A stretch of 33,830 nucleotides of DNA, taken from the IMG/VR virus record IMGVR_UViG_2740892219_000011, one strand, 5' to 3'. Below the pieces are notes generated by a model. It saw only the letters and a program-made list of their open reading frames with translations, did not search any database and was not told the DNA's origin. The position numbers were made by a program, and so were the translations under genes. This DNA comes from a virus. Lineage: Duplodnaviria > Heunggongvirae > Uroviricota > Caudoviricetes. Below, in pieces: positions 17,580 to 27,415 of the stretch. The first letter of the stretch is position 1; every line of letters starts with the position of its first letter.

Positions 17580-17775
17580 ACTGAATCAGACATGAAATCA
17601 GCCGCACAGATTTTTTAAAACGCGCCACGGGATTTTTAAACCGGTATTTAACGGTGTATGAATCCCGTTTTATCTTCCTTCCACTTTCTTTCTCCATTAC
17701 TCAAATAGCATAACCCCAGATTTTCCCGCACCTCCCGCAAACTGACTGCTCACAAACCATGATGAGCAGCAGGAC
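17580..17775 (+). promoter_or_regulatory. Long G-I intergenic region: candidate C-dependent late promoter and possible central strong gyrase site
   Basis: 196-bp non-coding gap in an otherwise tightly packed operon; contains CATAACCCCAGATTTTCCCGC at 17709-17729; lies roughly at the genome centre. Confidence 0.5.
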
Positions 17776-18861
17776 ATGAAAAAACACGCGATTGGCATTG
17801 CCGCACTGAGTGCGCTGTCCATTGACGATGACGGCTGGTGCCAGCTATTGCCTGCCGGTCATTTCAGTGCCCGTGATGGTCGTCCGTTTGATGTGACAGA
17901 CGGTCAGGGGTGGTTCATCGACGGTGAGATTGCCGGGCGTCTGGTTGAAGGCGTTCGCGCGCTCAACCAGGACGTGCTGATTGATTACGAGCATAACCAG
18001 CTACGTAAGGACAAAGGATTACCCCCGGAACAACTCGTCGCGGCTGGCTGGTTTAACGCCGATGAAATGCAGTGGCGTGAAGGTGAAGGGTTATTTATCC
18101 ACCCACGCTGGACGGCGGCGGCCCAGCAGCGCATCGATGACGGCGAATTTGGTTATCTCTCTGCGGTTTTTCCGTATGACACCGCCACCGGTGCAGTGCT
18201 GCAAATCCGCCTTGCTGCGCTGACCAATGACCCCGGTGCCACCGGCATGAAAAAGCTGACCGCACTGGCGGCAGACCTTCCCAACATCCTTCAACAGGAG
18301 AACAAACCCATGAATGAAACGCTGCGCAAGCTGCTTGCGCGTCTTGGGGTGACGGTCCCCGAAAATGCAGACATCACCGATGAACAGGCCAGCGCGGCCC
18401 TGAGTGCGCTTGATGCGCTCGAAACAGATGCCGGAAAAGTGGCGGCGTTGTCTGCCGAACTGGAAAAGGCACAGAAAGCCGCCGTTGACCTGACGAAATA
18501 CGTCCCGGTGGAAAGCTACAACGCCCTGCGTGATGAACTGGCACAGGCGACTGCACAAAGCGCCACAGCAAGCCTGAGCGCCGTTCTGGACAAGGCGGAA
18601 CAGGAAGGCCGCATTTTCAAAAGCGAACGTACCTATCTGGAACAGCTTGGCGGTCAGATTGGCGTGGCGGCACTGTCGGCACAGCTTGAGAAAAAACAGC
18701 CTATCGCTGCGTTATCTGCCATGCAGACCACCACAGCGAAAATCCCGTCGCAGGAAAAAACGGCGGTGGCGGTGCTGTCTGCTGATGAACAGGCAGCAGT
18801 GAAGGCGCTCGGCATTACAGAGGCTGAGTATCTGAAAATGAAACAGGAACAAGAAAAATGA
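17776..18861 (+). CDS. I: Head maturation protease / scaffold fusion protein, 361 aa
   Basis: Position between G and the major capsid gene; Ala/Gln/Glu-rich helical C-terminal half typical of scaffold domains. Confidence 0.85.
   Translation: MKKHAIGIAALSALSIDDDGWCQLLPAGHFSARDGRPFDVTDGQGWFIDGEIAGRLVEGVRALNQDVLIDYEHNQLRKDKGLPPEQLVAAGWFNADEMQWREGEGLFIHPRWTAAAQQRIDDGEFGYLSAVFPYDTATGAVLQIRLAALTNDPGATGMKKLTALAADLPNILQQENKPMNETLRKLLARLGVTVPENADITDEQASAALSALDALETDAGKVAALSAELEKAQKAAVDLTKYVPVESYNALRDELAQATAQSATASLSAVLDKAEQEGRIFKSERTYLEQLGGQIGVAALSAQLEKKQPIAALSAMQTTTAKIPSQEKTAVAVLSADEQAAVKALGITEAEYLKMKQEQEK
18310..18861 (+). CDS. Z: Candidate nested scaffold protein from an in-frame internal start within I
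   Basis: Internal ATG at 18310 preceded by AGGAGAA with suitable spacing; Mu is known to express Z from within I. Start not verified. Confidence 0.4.
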   Translation: MNETLRKLLARLGVTVPENADITDEQASAALSALDALETDAGKVAALSAELEKAQKAAVDLTKYVPVESYNALRDELAQATAQSATASLSAVLDKAEQEGRIFKSERTYLEQLGGQIGVAALSAQLEKKQPIAALSAMQTTTAKIPSQEKTAVAVLSADEQAAVKALGITEAEYLKMKQEQEK

Positions 18862-19775
18862 TTGTCACCCCGGCATCCATTAAAGCCCTGATGACCTCCT
18901 GGCGTAAGGATTTTCAGGGCGGTCTTGAAGACGCCCCGTCGCAGTACAACAAAATTGCAATGGTGGTGAACTCTTCCACCCGCAGTAATACCTATGGCTG
19001 GCTGGGTAAATTCCCGACCCTGAAAGAATGGGTGGGTAAGCGAACCATTCAGCAAATGGAAGCGCATGGCTACTCCATCGCCAATAAAACGTTTGAAGGC
19101 ACCGTGGGTATTTCCCGTGATGACTTCGAGGATGACAATCTGGGTATTTATGCGCCGATTTTTCAGGAGATGGGCCGTTCTGCGGCAGTTCAGCCGGATG
19201 AGCTGATTTTTAAACTTCTGAAAGATGGCTTTACCCAGCCGTGCTATGACGGTCAGAACTTCTTCGACAAGGAGCATCCGGTATATCCGAATGTGGACGG
19301 CACGGGCAGCGCGGTTAATACCTCCAACATCGTTGAGCAGGACAGCTTCAGCGGTCTGCCGTTCTATCTGCTGGACTGCTCCCGCGCAGTCAAACCGCTG
19401 ATTTTCCAGGAGCGCCGCAAACCGGAGCTGGTCGCACGTACCCGTATCGATGACGACCACGTTTTTATGGATAACGAGTTCCTGTTTGGTGCCAGCGCCC
19501 GCCGTGCTGCCGGTTACGGCTTCTGGCAGATGGCTGTCGCGATAAAAGGCGATCTGACGCTGGATAACCTCTGGAAGGGCTGGCAACTGATGCGCTCTTT
19601 TGAAGGTGATGGCGGTAAGAAGCTGGGCCTGAAGCCGACGCATATCGTTGTACCGGTCGGACTGGAAAAAGCCGCAGAGCAACTGCTTAACCGTGAACTG
19701 TTCGCGGATGGCAATACCACCGTCTCCAACGAGATGAAGGGCAAGCTGCAACTGGTTGTCGCTGACTACCTGTAA
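18858..19775 (+). CDS. T: Major capsid protein, 305 aa
   Basis: Size and position after protease/scaffold; followed by a strong hairpin. Confidence 0.9.
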   Translation: MIVTPASIKALMTSWRKDFQGGLEDAPSQYNKIAMVVNSSTRSNTYGWLGKFPTLKEWVGKRTIQQMEAHGYSIANKTFEGTVGISRDDFEDDNLGIYAPIFQEMGRSAAVQPDELIFKLLKDGFTQPCYDGQNFFDKEHPVYPNVDGTGSAVNTSNIVEQDSFSGLPFYLLDCSRAVKPLIFQERRKPELVARTRIDDDHVFMDNEFLFGASARRAAGYGFWQMAVAIKGDLTLDNLWKGWQLMRSFEGDGGKKLGLKPTHIVVPVGLEKAAEQLLNRELFADGNTTVSNEMKGKLQLVVADYL

Positions 19776-19783
19776 CCGTCGTT

Positions 19784-19807
19784 AAAAGGCGGTTCAGGCC
19801 GCCTTTT
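19784..19807 (+). terminator. Hairpin after the capsid gene (terminator or attenuator)
   Basis: AAAAGGCGG-TTCAGG-CCGCCTTTT perfect stem immediately after the T stop. Confidence 0.5.
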
Positions 19808-19841
19808 AACCTGATTTAAAGGAAAAGGAGGAGCATGTGTT

Positions 19842-20252
19842 ATGTCAGGCACTTCGCTTAATTCACAACGGCTGGACACTTCTCGCATCACTTGCACGGC
19901 GATTATTAAATGCCTTCGTCCGGTCTACCGCCGCGCCGGAATCGCCTTTACACGTGGTGAAAACACCGTGGAAGTCACCGAAGAACAACTGGCGATCATT
20001 CGTGCCGACAGCGTGCTGTCTGTGGTATCTGCATCGTCAGCAGAAACGCTCGCTGAGGCTGGGGGGCTGGACGTTCTGGGTGTGGGCGATCTGAATACCC
20101 GTATCCGTGCGACCGTTGCCGGTCTGGATAAGGCAAACCCGGAGCACTTTACCGCAGGGGGAGAACCCAAAGTGAAAGCCGTCAGTGCGGCGCTGGGGGA
20201 ACCGGTGAGCAGTGCGCAAATCAAAGCGGCGCTGGCTGAGGCGGATGCATGA
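19842..20252 (+). CDS. Hypothetical head-associated protein, 136 aa
   Basis: ATG 19842 about 10 nt downstream of AAGGAGGAG. Confidence 0.65.
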   Translation: MSGTSLNSQRLDTSRITCTAIIKCLRPVYRRAGIAFTRGENTVEVTEEQLAIIRADSVLSVVSASSAETLAEAGGLDVLGVGDLNTRIRATVAGLDKANPEHFTAGGEPKVKAVSAALGEPVSSAQIKAALAEADA

Positions 20253-20674
20253 ATTACGCGACGGTAAATGACCTGTGCGCCCGCTATACACGTACGCGGC
20301 TGGATATTCTCACCCGCCCTAAAACAGCGGACGGGCAGCCGGATGATGCCGTGGCAGAACAGGCACTGGCAGATGCCTCGGCCTTTATTGATGGCTATCT
20401 CGCCGCGCGCTTTGTTCTGCCGCTTACCGTCGTCCCCTCACTGCTGAAACGGCAGTGTTGCGTGGTGGCCTGGTTTTATCTGAATGAATCACAACCCACC
20501 GAGCAGATCACCGCTGCCTACAGGGACACAGTGCGCTGGCTGGAACAGGTGCGCGATGGCAAAACAGATCCCGGCGTGGAAAGCAGGACGGCAGCCTCGC
20601 CGGATGGTGAAAACCTTGTGCAGGTGCAGTCTGACGCGCCGGTCTTCTCACGAAAACAGAAGGGGTTTATCTGA
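20249..20674 (+). CDS. J: Head-tail connector / head completion protein, 141 aa
   Basis: Position and size in the Mu late operon order; ATGA overlap with the upstream gene. Confidence 0.7.
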   Translation: MNYATVNDLCARYTRTRLDILTRPKTADGQPDDAVAEQALADASAFIDGYLAARFVLPLTVVPSLLKRQCCVVAWFYLNESQPTEQITAAYRDTVRWLEQVRDGKTDPGVESRTAASPDGENLVQVQSDAPVFSRKQKGFI

Positions 20675-21222
20675 TGCTGGAAGAAACCGAAGCCGCACTG
20701 CTGGCGCGCGTTCGTGAGTTGTTTGGGGCAACCCTGCGGCAGGTGGAACCCCTTACCGGCACATGGACTAACGAGGATGTGCACCGTCTCTTTCTGGCCC
20801 CGCCATCGGTATTTCTGGCATGGATGGGCTGTGGTGAGGGGCGTACGCGTCGGGAAGTTGAAAGTCGCTGGGCATTTTTTGTCGTGGCGGAGTTGCTGAA
20901 CGGGGAACAGGTAAACCGGCCCGGTATTTATCAGATTGTGGAGCGACTGATTGCCGGTGTTAACGGTCAGACGTTTGGCCCGACCACCGGGATGAGACTG
21001 ACGCAGGTCAGAAATCTTTGTGACGACAACCGTATCAATGCCGGTGTGGTGCTTTACGGCGTTCTGTTCAGTGGCACTACCCCGCTGCCGTCCGTGGTGG
21101 ACATGGATTCGCTGGATGATTACGAGCGTCACTGGCAGACCTGGAAATTCCCGGACGAAACCCCGGAATTTGCCGCACATATCAATGTGAATCAGGAAAA
21201 GGATCATGATGCTGAAAATTAA
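20674..21222 (+). CDS. K: Tail terminator / tail completion protein, 182 aa
   Basis: Position immediately upstream of the sheath cluster; translationally coupled. Confidence 0.65.
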   Translation: MLEETEAALLARVRELFGATLRQVEPLTGTWTNEDVHRLFLAPPSVFLAWMGCGEGRTRREVESRWAFFVVAELLNGEQVNRPGIYQIVERLIAGVNGQTFGPTTGMRLTQVRNLCDDNRINAGVVLYGVLFSGTTPLPSVVDMDSLDDYERHWQTWKFPDETPEFAAHINVNQEKDHDAEN

Positions 21223-21412
21223 ACCCGCAGCGGGAAAAGCCATCCGTGACCCGCTCACGATGAAATTACTGGCTCCGGAGGGAGAAGAAAAGCCCCGTAA
21301 CAGTTTCTGGATACGTCGCCTTGCAGCCGGTGATGTGGTTGAAGTCGGGAACACCGAAAACACGGCGGATGATACCGACGCTGCGCCGAAAAAACGGAGT
21401 AAATCGAAATGA
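21206..21412 (+). CDS. Small hypothetical protein, 68 aa
   Basis: ORF between K and the sheath gene with overlapping start and stop. Confidence 0.55.
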
Positions 21413-22896
21413 GCGATATTTCATTTAACGCGATCCCGTCAGATGTTCGCGTTCCTCTGACGTATATCGAATTTGATAACAGTAATGCCGTCAGCGGAAC
21501 ACCGGCACCCCGTCAGCGCGTGCTGATGTTCGGGCAAAGCGGAAGTAAAGCCAGTGCGGCACCAAACGTGCCTGTCCGTATCCGTTCCGGCTCACAGGCC
21601 AGTGCGGCGTTTGGTCAGGGTTCCATGCTGGCACTGATGGCAGATGCATTCCTGAACGCTAACCGCGTGGCGGAGCTGTGGTGTATTCCGCAGGGGAACG
21701 GCACCGGTAATGCTGCTGTCGGTGAAATTTCACTGTCAGGAACGGCAGGCGAAAACGGCTCGCTTGTGACTTACATTGCCGGTCAGCGACTGGCGGTATC
21801 TGTCGCAGCAGGTGCAACGGGAGCGGCGCTGGCTGACCTGCTGGTTGCCCGAATCAAAGGCCAGCCGGATTTACCGGTGACGGCAGAAGTTCGCGCAGAC
21901 AGCGGAGATGATGACACCCATGCAGATGTGGTTCTGAGTGCAAAATTTACGGGTGCATTATCTGCCGTGGACGTGCGCTGGAACTATTACGCGGGTGAAA
22001 CCACCCCTTACGGGATTATCACGGCATTCAAAGCCGCCTCCGGGAAAAATGGCAACCCGGATATCAGCGCAAGTATCGCGGGAATGGGCGATCTGCAATA
22101 CAAATATATTGTGATGCCCTATACCGATGAACCGAACCTGAATCTGTTACGCACTGAATTGCAGGAACGCTGGGGACCGGTCAATCAGGCTGATGGTTTT
22201 GCCGTGACAGTGCTGTCCGGCACGTATGGGGATATTTCTACGTTTGGTGTCAGTCGTAATGACCATCTGATCTCCTGTATGGGGATTGCCGGTGCACCGG
22301 AACCGTCATATCTGTACGCCGCCACACTGTGTGCCGTTGCCAGCCAGGCGCTTTCCATCGACCCGGCGCGTCCGCTCCAGACGCTGACGTTGCCCGGAAG
22401 AATGCCGCCTGCGGTGGGGGATCGTTTTACCTGGTCAGAACGTAATGCGCTGCTGTTTGACGGCATCTCCACGTTTAACGTGAATGATGGTGGTGAAATG
22501 CAGATTGAACGCATGATCACGATGTACCGCACAAACAAGTACGGTGACAGTGATCCGTCTTATCTGAACGTGAATACCATCGCCACGCTGAGTTATCTGC
22601 GTTATTCGCTGCGAACCCGCATCACGCAGAAATTCCCGAACTACAAGCTGGCAAGTGATGGCACCCGCTTTGCCACCGGTCAGGCCGTGGTGACGCCATC
22701 CGTGATCAAAACGGAACTGCTGGCACTGTTTGAAGAATGGGAAAACGCCGGACTGGTCGAGGATTTCGACACGTTCAAAGAGGAGCTGTATGTGGCACGT
22801 AACAAGGACGACAAAGACCGTCTTGATGTGCTGTGCGGCCCGAATCTGATTAACCAGTTCCGCATTTTCGCGGCACAAGTTCAGTTCATTCTGTAA
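21409..22896 (+). CDS. L: Contractile tail sheath protein, 495 aa
   Basis: Size and position followed by a tail tube-sized gene; matches Mu L. Confidence 0.9.
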
Positions 22897-22905
22897 GGAG
22901 CATTT

Positions 22906-23262
22906 ATGGCTGGAAATCAGCGTCAGGGGGTGGCGTTCATCCGTGTCAATGGCATGGAGCTTGAAACGATGGAAGGGGCCTCCTTCACACCTTCCGGCAT
23001 CACCCGTGAAGAAGTGACCGGCTCGCGGGTTTATGGCTGGAAAGGTAAACCACGTGCCGCAAAGCTGGAATGCAAAATTCCGGGCGGTGGTGATATCGGT
23101 CTGGATGAAATCATCGGCTGGGAAAATATCACGGCAGAGTTTCAGGCAGACACCGGTGAAACCTGGATGATGGCGAATGCCTGGCAGGCAGATGAACCGA
23201 AAAACGACGGCGGCGAAATTTCGCTGGTACTGATGGCAAAACAAAGCAAACGCATTGCATAA
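22906..23262 (+). CDS. M: Tail tube protein, 118 aa
   Basis: Small gene directly after sheath; RBS AAGGAGCATTT. Confidence 0.85.
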   Translation: MAGNQRQGVAFIRVNGMELETMEGASFTPSGITREEVTGSRVYGWKGKPRAAKLECKIPGGGDIGLDEIIGWENITAEFQADTGETWMMANAWQADEPKNDGGEISLVLMAKQSKRIA

Positions 23263-23271
23263 GGGGAAACA

Positions 23272-23706
23272 ATGGACGAAATGAATTTAGGTCCTGAAGC
23301 ACAGGAACTGCATGACAGCATTGTGGCAGAAATTCAGTCCGGCGTGCTGAAACTGAAAGACGGCCTGCCGTTCGGCACCGGTGACGAGACTGAAATGCAG
23401 TATGACGTGACACTGCGTGAACTGACCGCAGGCGATATGATTGATGCACAGGCGGCTGCTGAAAAGCTGGTAATGAGCAAGGAAGGTCCGGTGCTGGTCA
23501 GTTCCCCGTCCCGGATGGGACTGGAAATGCTGCGCCGACAGATTGCCAGCGTGGGCTGCATCAAAGGCCCGTTGTCGATGGCGCTGATTCGTAAGCTGTC
23601 TGTCGATGACTTCCAGCGTCTGTCGCTGGCCACAGAAATGTACGACATGGCTGTGGCGGCATCGCTGACGCAAGAACGGGGGCGAGTGGCTGCGGTGCCG
23701 GAATGA
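23272..23706 (+). CDS. Y: Tail assembly chaperone (tape-measure chaperone), 144 aa
   Basis: Acidic protein located between the tube and tape-measure genes; an alternate frame is open from near its 3' end to the tape-measure start. Confidence 0.75.
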   Translation: MDEMNLGPEAQELHDSIVAEIQSGVLKLKDGLPFGTGDETEMQYDVTLRELTAGDMIDAQAAAEKLVMSKEGPVLVSSPSRMGLEMLRRQIASVGCIKGPLSMALIRKLSVDDFQRLSLATEMYDMAVAASLTQERGRVAAVPE

Positions 23707-23850
23707 TATTGAGAAAGCGGCGACAGCGATTGGCGTTATTCTGAAAAGTGGCCCGGAATGGGCCTTATCCCTTCCGCTGTCCCGCTTTTTCCGGCACTGC
23801 CAGCAGGCTAAAACCCTCTCTCAATATCACCGTTAAATCAGGAAATCTCT
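23707..23850 (+). promoter_or_regulatory. Y/tape-measure gap: candidate late promoter motif and candidate frameshift-extension region
   Basis: Contains CTTATCCC...TCCCGCTTTTT at 23764-23790; the +1 frame relative to Y is open across the whole gap. Confidence 0.4.
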
Positions 23851-25923
23851 ATGACCGGGAAACGCTTAAAGGCGTCTGTCATTATTGATCTTAATGGCAA
23901 TCTTTCCCGGCGTTCCCGCCAGTATTCGAACCAGATAAACGCCCTGTCCCGTAGCGGACAAAGTTCCCTTCGTGCCCTGCGTATGGAGGTTGTGCGCGTT
24001 TCTGGTGCCATTGACAGAATGGGTTCTCTGTCAACCCGTACATTCCGAATGCTGTCAGCCGGGGCGCTGGGTATCGCTGGCGTGGGTTACACCGCCAATA
24101 AACTGTTTATTGGTGCAGCCGCCCAGCGTGAGCAGCAGATCATCGCCATGAACTCGCTGTATCACGGCGATAAGGTCAGAGCGCAGGCCATGATGGCCTG
24201 GGCGAAGCAGAACGCGAAGGACACCACGTGGGGGCTGAGTGGTGTTCTTGATGAGATCCGTTCGTCGAAAGGCTTCGGCATGACGGATGAACAGACGAAA
24301 CAGTTCATCACCATGTTGCAGGATCAGGGGGCCATGCACGGCTGGGATTTACCAACTGCACAGGGTGCCTCACTGCAACTGAAACAGATGTTTGCCCGCC
24401 AGCAAATCACAGCGGCGGATGCCAACCTGCTGACCGGTTACGGTATTAACGTTTACCAGACGCTGGCGGATGCACTGGGTAAAGACGTTAAGGATATCCG
24501 CAAACAAGGTGAAAAAGGCAAGCTGGGTCTGAAATCCATTCTGACGGTATTCAGAACGCTGTCAGAACAGTCAAAAGGTGCACAGGCCAGTGCGATGAAC
24601 TCCTGGGACGGGATGTTCGCCCAGATGGAAGCTAACCTGCTTGAATTTCGCATAAAGGTGGCAAACAGCGGCCCCTTTGAAGAAATCAAGAACGAGATGC
24701 GCCGGGTGCTTAACTGGCACGACATGGCGGATAAATCCGGGGAACTTGACGCACTGGCAGAAAACATTGGTCAGAAATTTCTGACCACGTTCAGAACGGT
24801 AAAAATCGCGGCGCAGGAATTATGGCGCTGGCTGAAACCGGGTAAAGATGCGCTGGCATGGGTTGACCAGAATATTGTCAGCCTGAAAAAACTGGCTGCT
24901 GTTCTGGTGTCTGTCTGGCTTGCCAATAAAGCCCTGAGAGCAGGCTGGGCCGTGGCAAAACCCTCATGGCAGGTTGCCAGTTATCCGTTTAAAACCGGGC
25001 GTCGTATGTGGCGCTGGATGCGAAACCGCAAACGTGGGCAGGCAGGTCTGCCGGTCCCGGATGCCATGACGTCTGAGACGCTGTTGCAGGGTATCGGCAT
25101 TCAGCGTGTGTTTGTCATCAACTGGCCCCGTGGATTTGGTGGCTACGGGAGTGGCGGCGGTCGTCGCGGACGGAGCGGCGGAAGAATGGCCCCGCTGTTA
25201 CCCCGCCAGCCGTTATTGCTGTCCGGGCCACAGCCGCTGGCATTACCTGCACCACGCCCTGTACTGGCATTACCCCCACCCGGCGTACCGGTAACAGCAC
25301 GGCCTGCACCATTACCTTTACCCGGTAAATCCGGTCTTCTGAGCAGGCTTGCAGGCAGTGCTGCCGGGCAACTGGTTACGGGAACGGTCGGAAAGCTGGC
25401 TGATGCCGGGCGTGCTGTTGGCGGGTGGTTTTCCGGTATCGGAAACAAACTTGCAGGCAGTGCGATCGGTCGGGTTGTGACAAAAGGTGCCGGGGCGCTG
25501 GGCTGGATGGGGAAAGGTGCCGGTCGTGCGTTGTCACGTCTGGGTGGCCCGGTAATGGGGGCACTCCAGCTTGCCCCCGTCCTGATGGATGAGCAGGCGT
25601 CAACCCATGAAAAAGCAGGTGCAATTGGCAGTACAGCCGGTGCATGGCTCGGCGGTGCCGTTGGCAGCCTTGCCGGACCGCTGGGTACGGTTGCCGGTGC
25701 CACGCTGGGCAGTGTCGCCGGGGAGTATCTGGGCGGTTTTGTAACCGACCTGTATCAGAAATGGACGGCCCCGGATAAGGAACCGCAGGAACAAAAAGTG
25801 AATGCGGAAGCCTCGCTGCGCGTCGAACTTGGCGAGGGGTTACGTCTGGCCAGTTCCCGTGTCACCGAGGATGGTATGGGGCTGAATATTTACGCGGGCG
25901 ATAACTACATTACAGGCTGGTAA
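23851..25923 (+). CDS. Tail tape measure protein, 690 aa
   Basis: Largest tail ORF, downstream of sheath/tube/chaperone; helical N-terminal part and a Gly/Pro/Ala-rich low-complexity C-terminal third. Confidence 0.85.
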   Translation: MTGKRLKASVIIDLNGNLSRRSRQYSNQINALSRSGQSSLRALRMEVVRVSGAIDRMGSLSTRTFRMLSAGALGIAGVGYTANKLFIGAAAQREQQIIAMNSLYHGDKVRAQAMMAWAKQNAKDTTWGLSGVLDEIRSSKGFGMTDEQTKQFITMLQDQGAMHGWDLPTAQGASLQLKQMFARQQITAADANLLTGYGINVYQTLADALGKDVKDIRKQGEKGKLGLKSILTVFRTLSEQSKGAQASAMNSWDGMFAQMEANLLEFRIKVANSGPFEEIKNEMRRVLNWHDMADKSGELDALAENIGQKFLTTFRTVKIAAQELWRWLKPGKDALAWVDQNIVSLKKLAAVLVSVWLANKALRAGWAVAKPSWQVASYPFKTGRRMWRWMRNRKRGQAGLPVPDAMTSETLLQGIGIQRVFVINWPRGFGGYGSGGGRRGRSGGRMAPLLPRQPLLLSGPQPLALPAPRPVLALPPPGVPVTARPAPLPLPGKSGLLSRLAGSAAGQLVTGTVGKLADAGRAVGGWFSGIGNKLAGSAIGRVVTKGAGALGWMGKGAGRALSRLGGPVMGALQLAPVLMDEQASTHEKAGAIGSTAGAWLGGAVGSLAGPLGTVAGATLGSVAGEYLGGFVTDLYQKWTAPDKEPQEQKVNAEASLRVELGEGLRLASSRVTEDGMGLNIYAGDNYITGW

Positions 25924-25927
25924 AACC

Positions 25928-27415
25928 ATGTTTGAAGATGCTTTAAATGCCGTTAATGCTGTCCGGGATAAAATCAGCGGTGGTAAGAAAACAACCGGCA
26001 AAGGCACGTTCCGTAACGTGCCGTTTCTCGTCATCGAGGAGCAAAAACAGGCTGGCGGACGTCGCCTGGTTAAACGCGAGTACCCGTTACGTGATACCGG
26101 CGGCGTCAATGACCTGGGGAAAAAGCTTCGCTCCCGTACATTCAGCGCCTGCATTCTGAACAGCAACGCAGAAACAGCCAGAGATGAAGCGGGTGCGCTG
26201 ATGGATGCTCTTGATGCTCCGGGTAGCGGTGAGCTGGTACATCCTGATTTCGGCACTGTGGACGTCATGGTGGATTCATGGGAATGCCGCACTAAAGCGG
26301 ATGAACTGAATTATTACGCGTTCACCGTTACCGTTTATCCGTCGTTGCAGGATACTGCCCCGGACGCAGAGACAGACACCAGTGCAGCCGTACCTGCACA
26401 GGCCGTTGCTGTAACCGGTTCTCTGGGAGATACGCTGTCCTCTGTCTGGCAAACCGTAAAAGATGGCACTGCGGCGGCAACCGCCGTGATGGAAGCTGTA
26501 ACCGGTGTCATCGATGATATCAGTGATGCGGTGGACAATCTGGGGGTTACGCAGACTGTCAGCGGTCTGATGGGATCGCTTTCTGCGATGAAAGGCTCTG
26601 TGACCAGCCTGATTAACCAGCCTGCCATGCTGGCCTCCTCGCTGATGGGGGCGCTGTCCGGCGTTTCATCGTTATGCGATACCCGGACAGCATTTTCCAC
26701 ATGGAACCGTCTGGCGCAGCGATTCGAACCTCGCCATGCCGCCACCGCAGGCAGACAGGGGACAATCACAACCTCGTACAACAGTCCGGTTGCAGAAAAA
26801 AATATTGCCACACTGAACTACGTCATGCTGGCAGCGGCGCAGACATACCGGGCAGAAGCTGCCAGTCAGGCACTGACTGCGGCACTGGATTTCAGTCGCC
26901 GGATGGATAATGCCGCCCGTGCACCTGTACTGGATGCCCCGTCCACCACAACCGGCACAGCCAGCGGGGCCAGCAGCACATCTGCTACTGTCACACAGGG
27001 ACAGTTACAGTTAACTGCCATAACCCCGGACGGCGGCTTTTCACAGGTATCCTTTTCAGACAGTGGTACAGCCACGCCCCCGGTATTTGAAAGTGTGTCC
27101 GATATCGGAAAAACAGCCGCCATGCTGGGGGCTGCACTGGATACCGTCATTCTGACGGCATCTGAGCAGGGCTTTTCGACAGACAGCGTTCAGCTTACGC
27201 AACTGCGTCTGCTGGTTGTTGCCGACCTGGAAAAACGCGGGCTGCAACTGGCGGGCAGTGAAACGCACCGCCTGCCGGAGACGATGCCTGCAATGGTGGC
27301 CCTGTACCGTTACACAGGAAACAGCCGGAACTGGCAACGGCTGGCCCGCAGGAACGGTATCAGCAACCCGTTGTTTGTTCCCGGTGGCGTCAGTATTGAG
27401 GTGATTAATGAGTAA
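25928..27415 (+). CDS. N: DNA circularization protein N-like tail protein, 495 aa
   Basis: Position after the tape measure; size consistent with Mu N as I recall. Confidence 0.65.
   Translation: MFEDALNAVNAVRDKISGGKKTTGKGTFRNVPFLVIEEQKQAGGRRLVKREYPLRDTGGVNDLGKKLRSRTFSACILNSNAETARDEAGALMDALDAPGSGELVHPDFGTVDVMVDSWECRTKADELNYYAFTVTVYPSLQDTAPDAETDTSAAVPAQAVAVTGSLGDTLSSVWQTVKDGTAAATAVMEAVTGVIDDISDAVDNLGVTQTVSGLMGSLSAMKGSVTSLINQPAMLASSLMGALSGVSSLCDTRTAFSTWNRLAQRFEPRHAATAGRQGTITTSYNSPVAEKNIATLNYVMLAAAQTYRAEAASQALTAALDFSRRMDNAARAPVLDAPSTTTGTASGASSTSATVTQGQLQLTAITPDGGFSQVSFSDSGTATPPVFESVSDIGKTAAMLGAALDTVILTASEQGFSTDSVQLTQLRLLVVADLEKRGLQLAGSETHRLPETMPAMVALYRYTGNSRNWQRLARRNGISNPLFVPGGVSIEVINE

Noticed and set aside
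17580-17775. Hidden anti-CRISPR or moron gene in the G-I gap (as seen in some Mu-like Pseudomonas phages)
   Set aside because: No ORF of any plausible size with an RBS in either strand of the gap; treated as regulatory/structural DNA instead.
18654-19751. 365-aa minus-strand ORF antisense to the major capsid gene
   Set aside because: Runs entirely antisense to a well-supported structural gene in GC-rich sequence; no RBS; composition (Gly/Ala/Arg-rich) typical of antisense artefacts.
20518-21363. 281-aa minus-strand ORF antisense to K and the following small gene
   Set aside because: Shadow ORF opposite well-supported late genes; no start-site support.
22435-23244. 269-aa minus-strand ORF antisense to sheath and tube genes
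   Set aside because: Shadow ORF opposite conserved structural genes.
23610-23741. -1 frameshift extension of Y
   Set aside because: The -1 frame has a stop only about 13 codons past the Y stop; the open frame bridging to the tape measure is +1/-2 instead.
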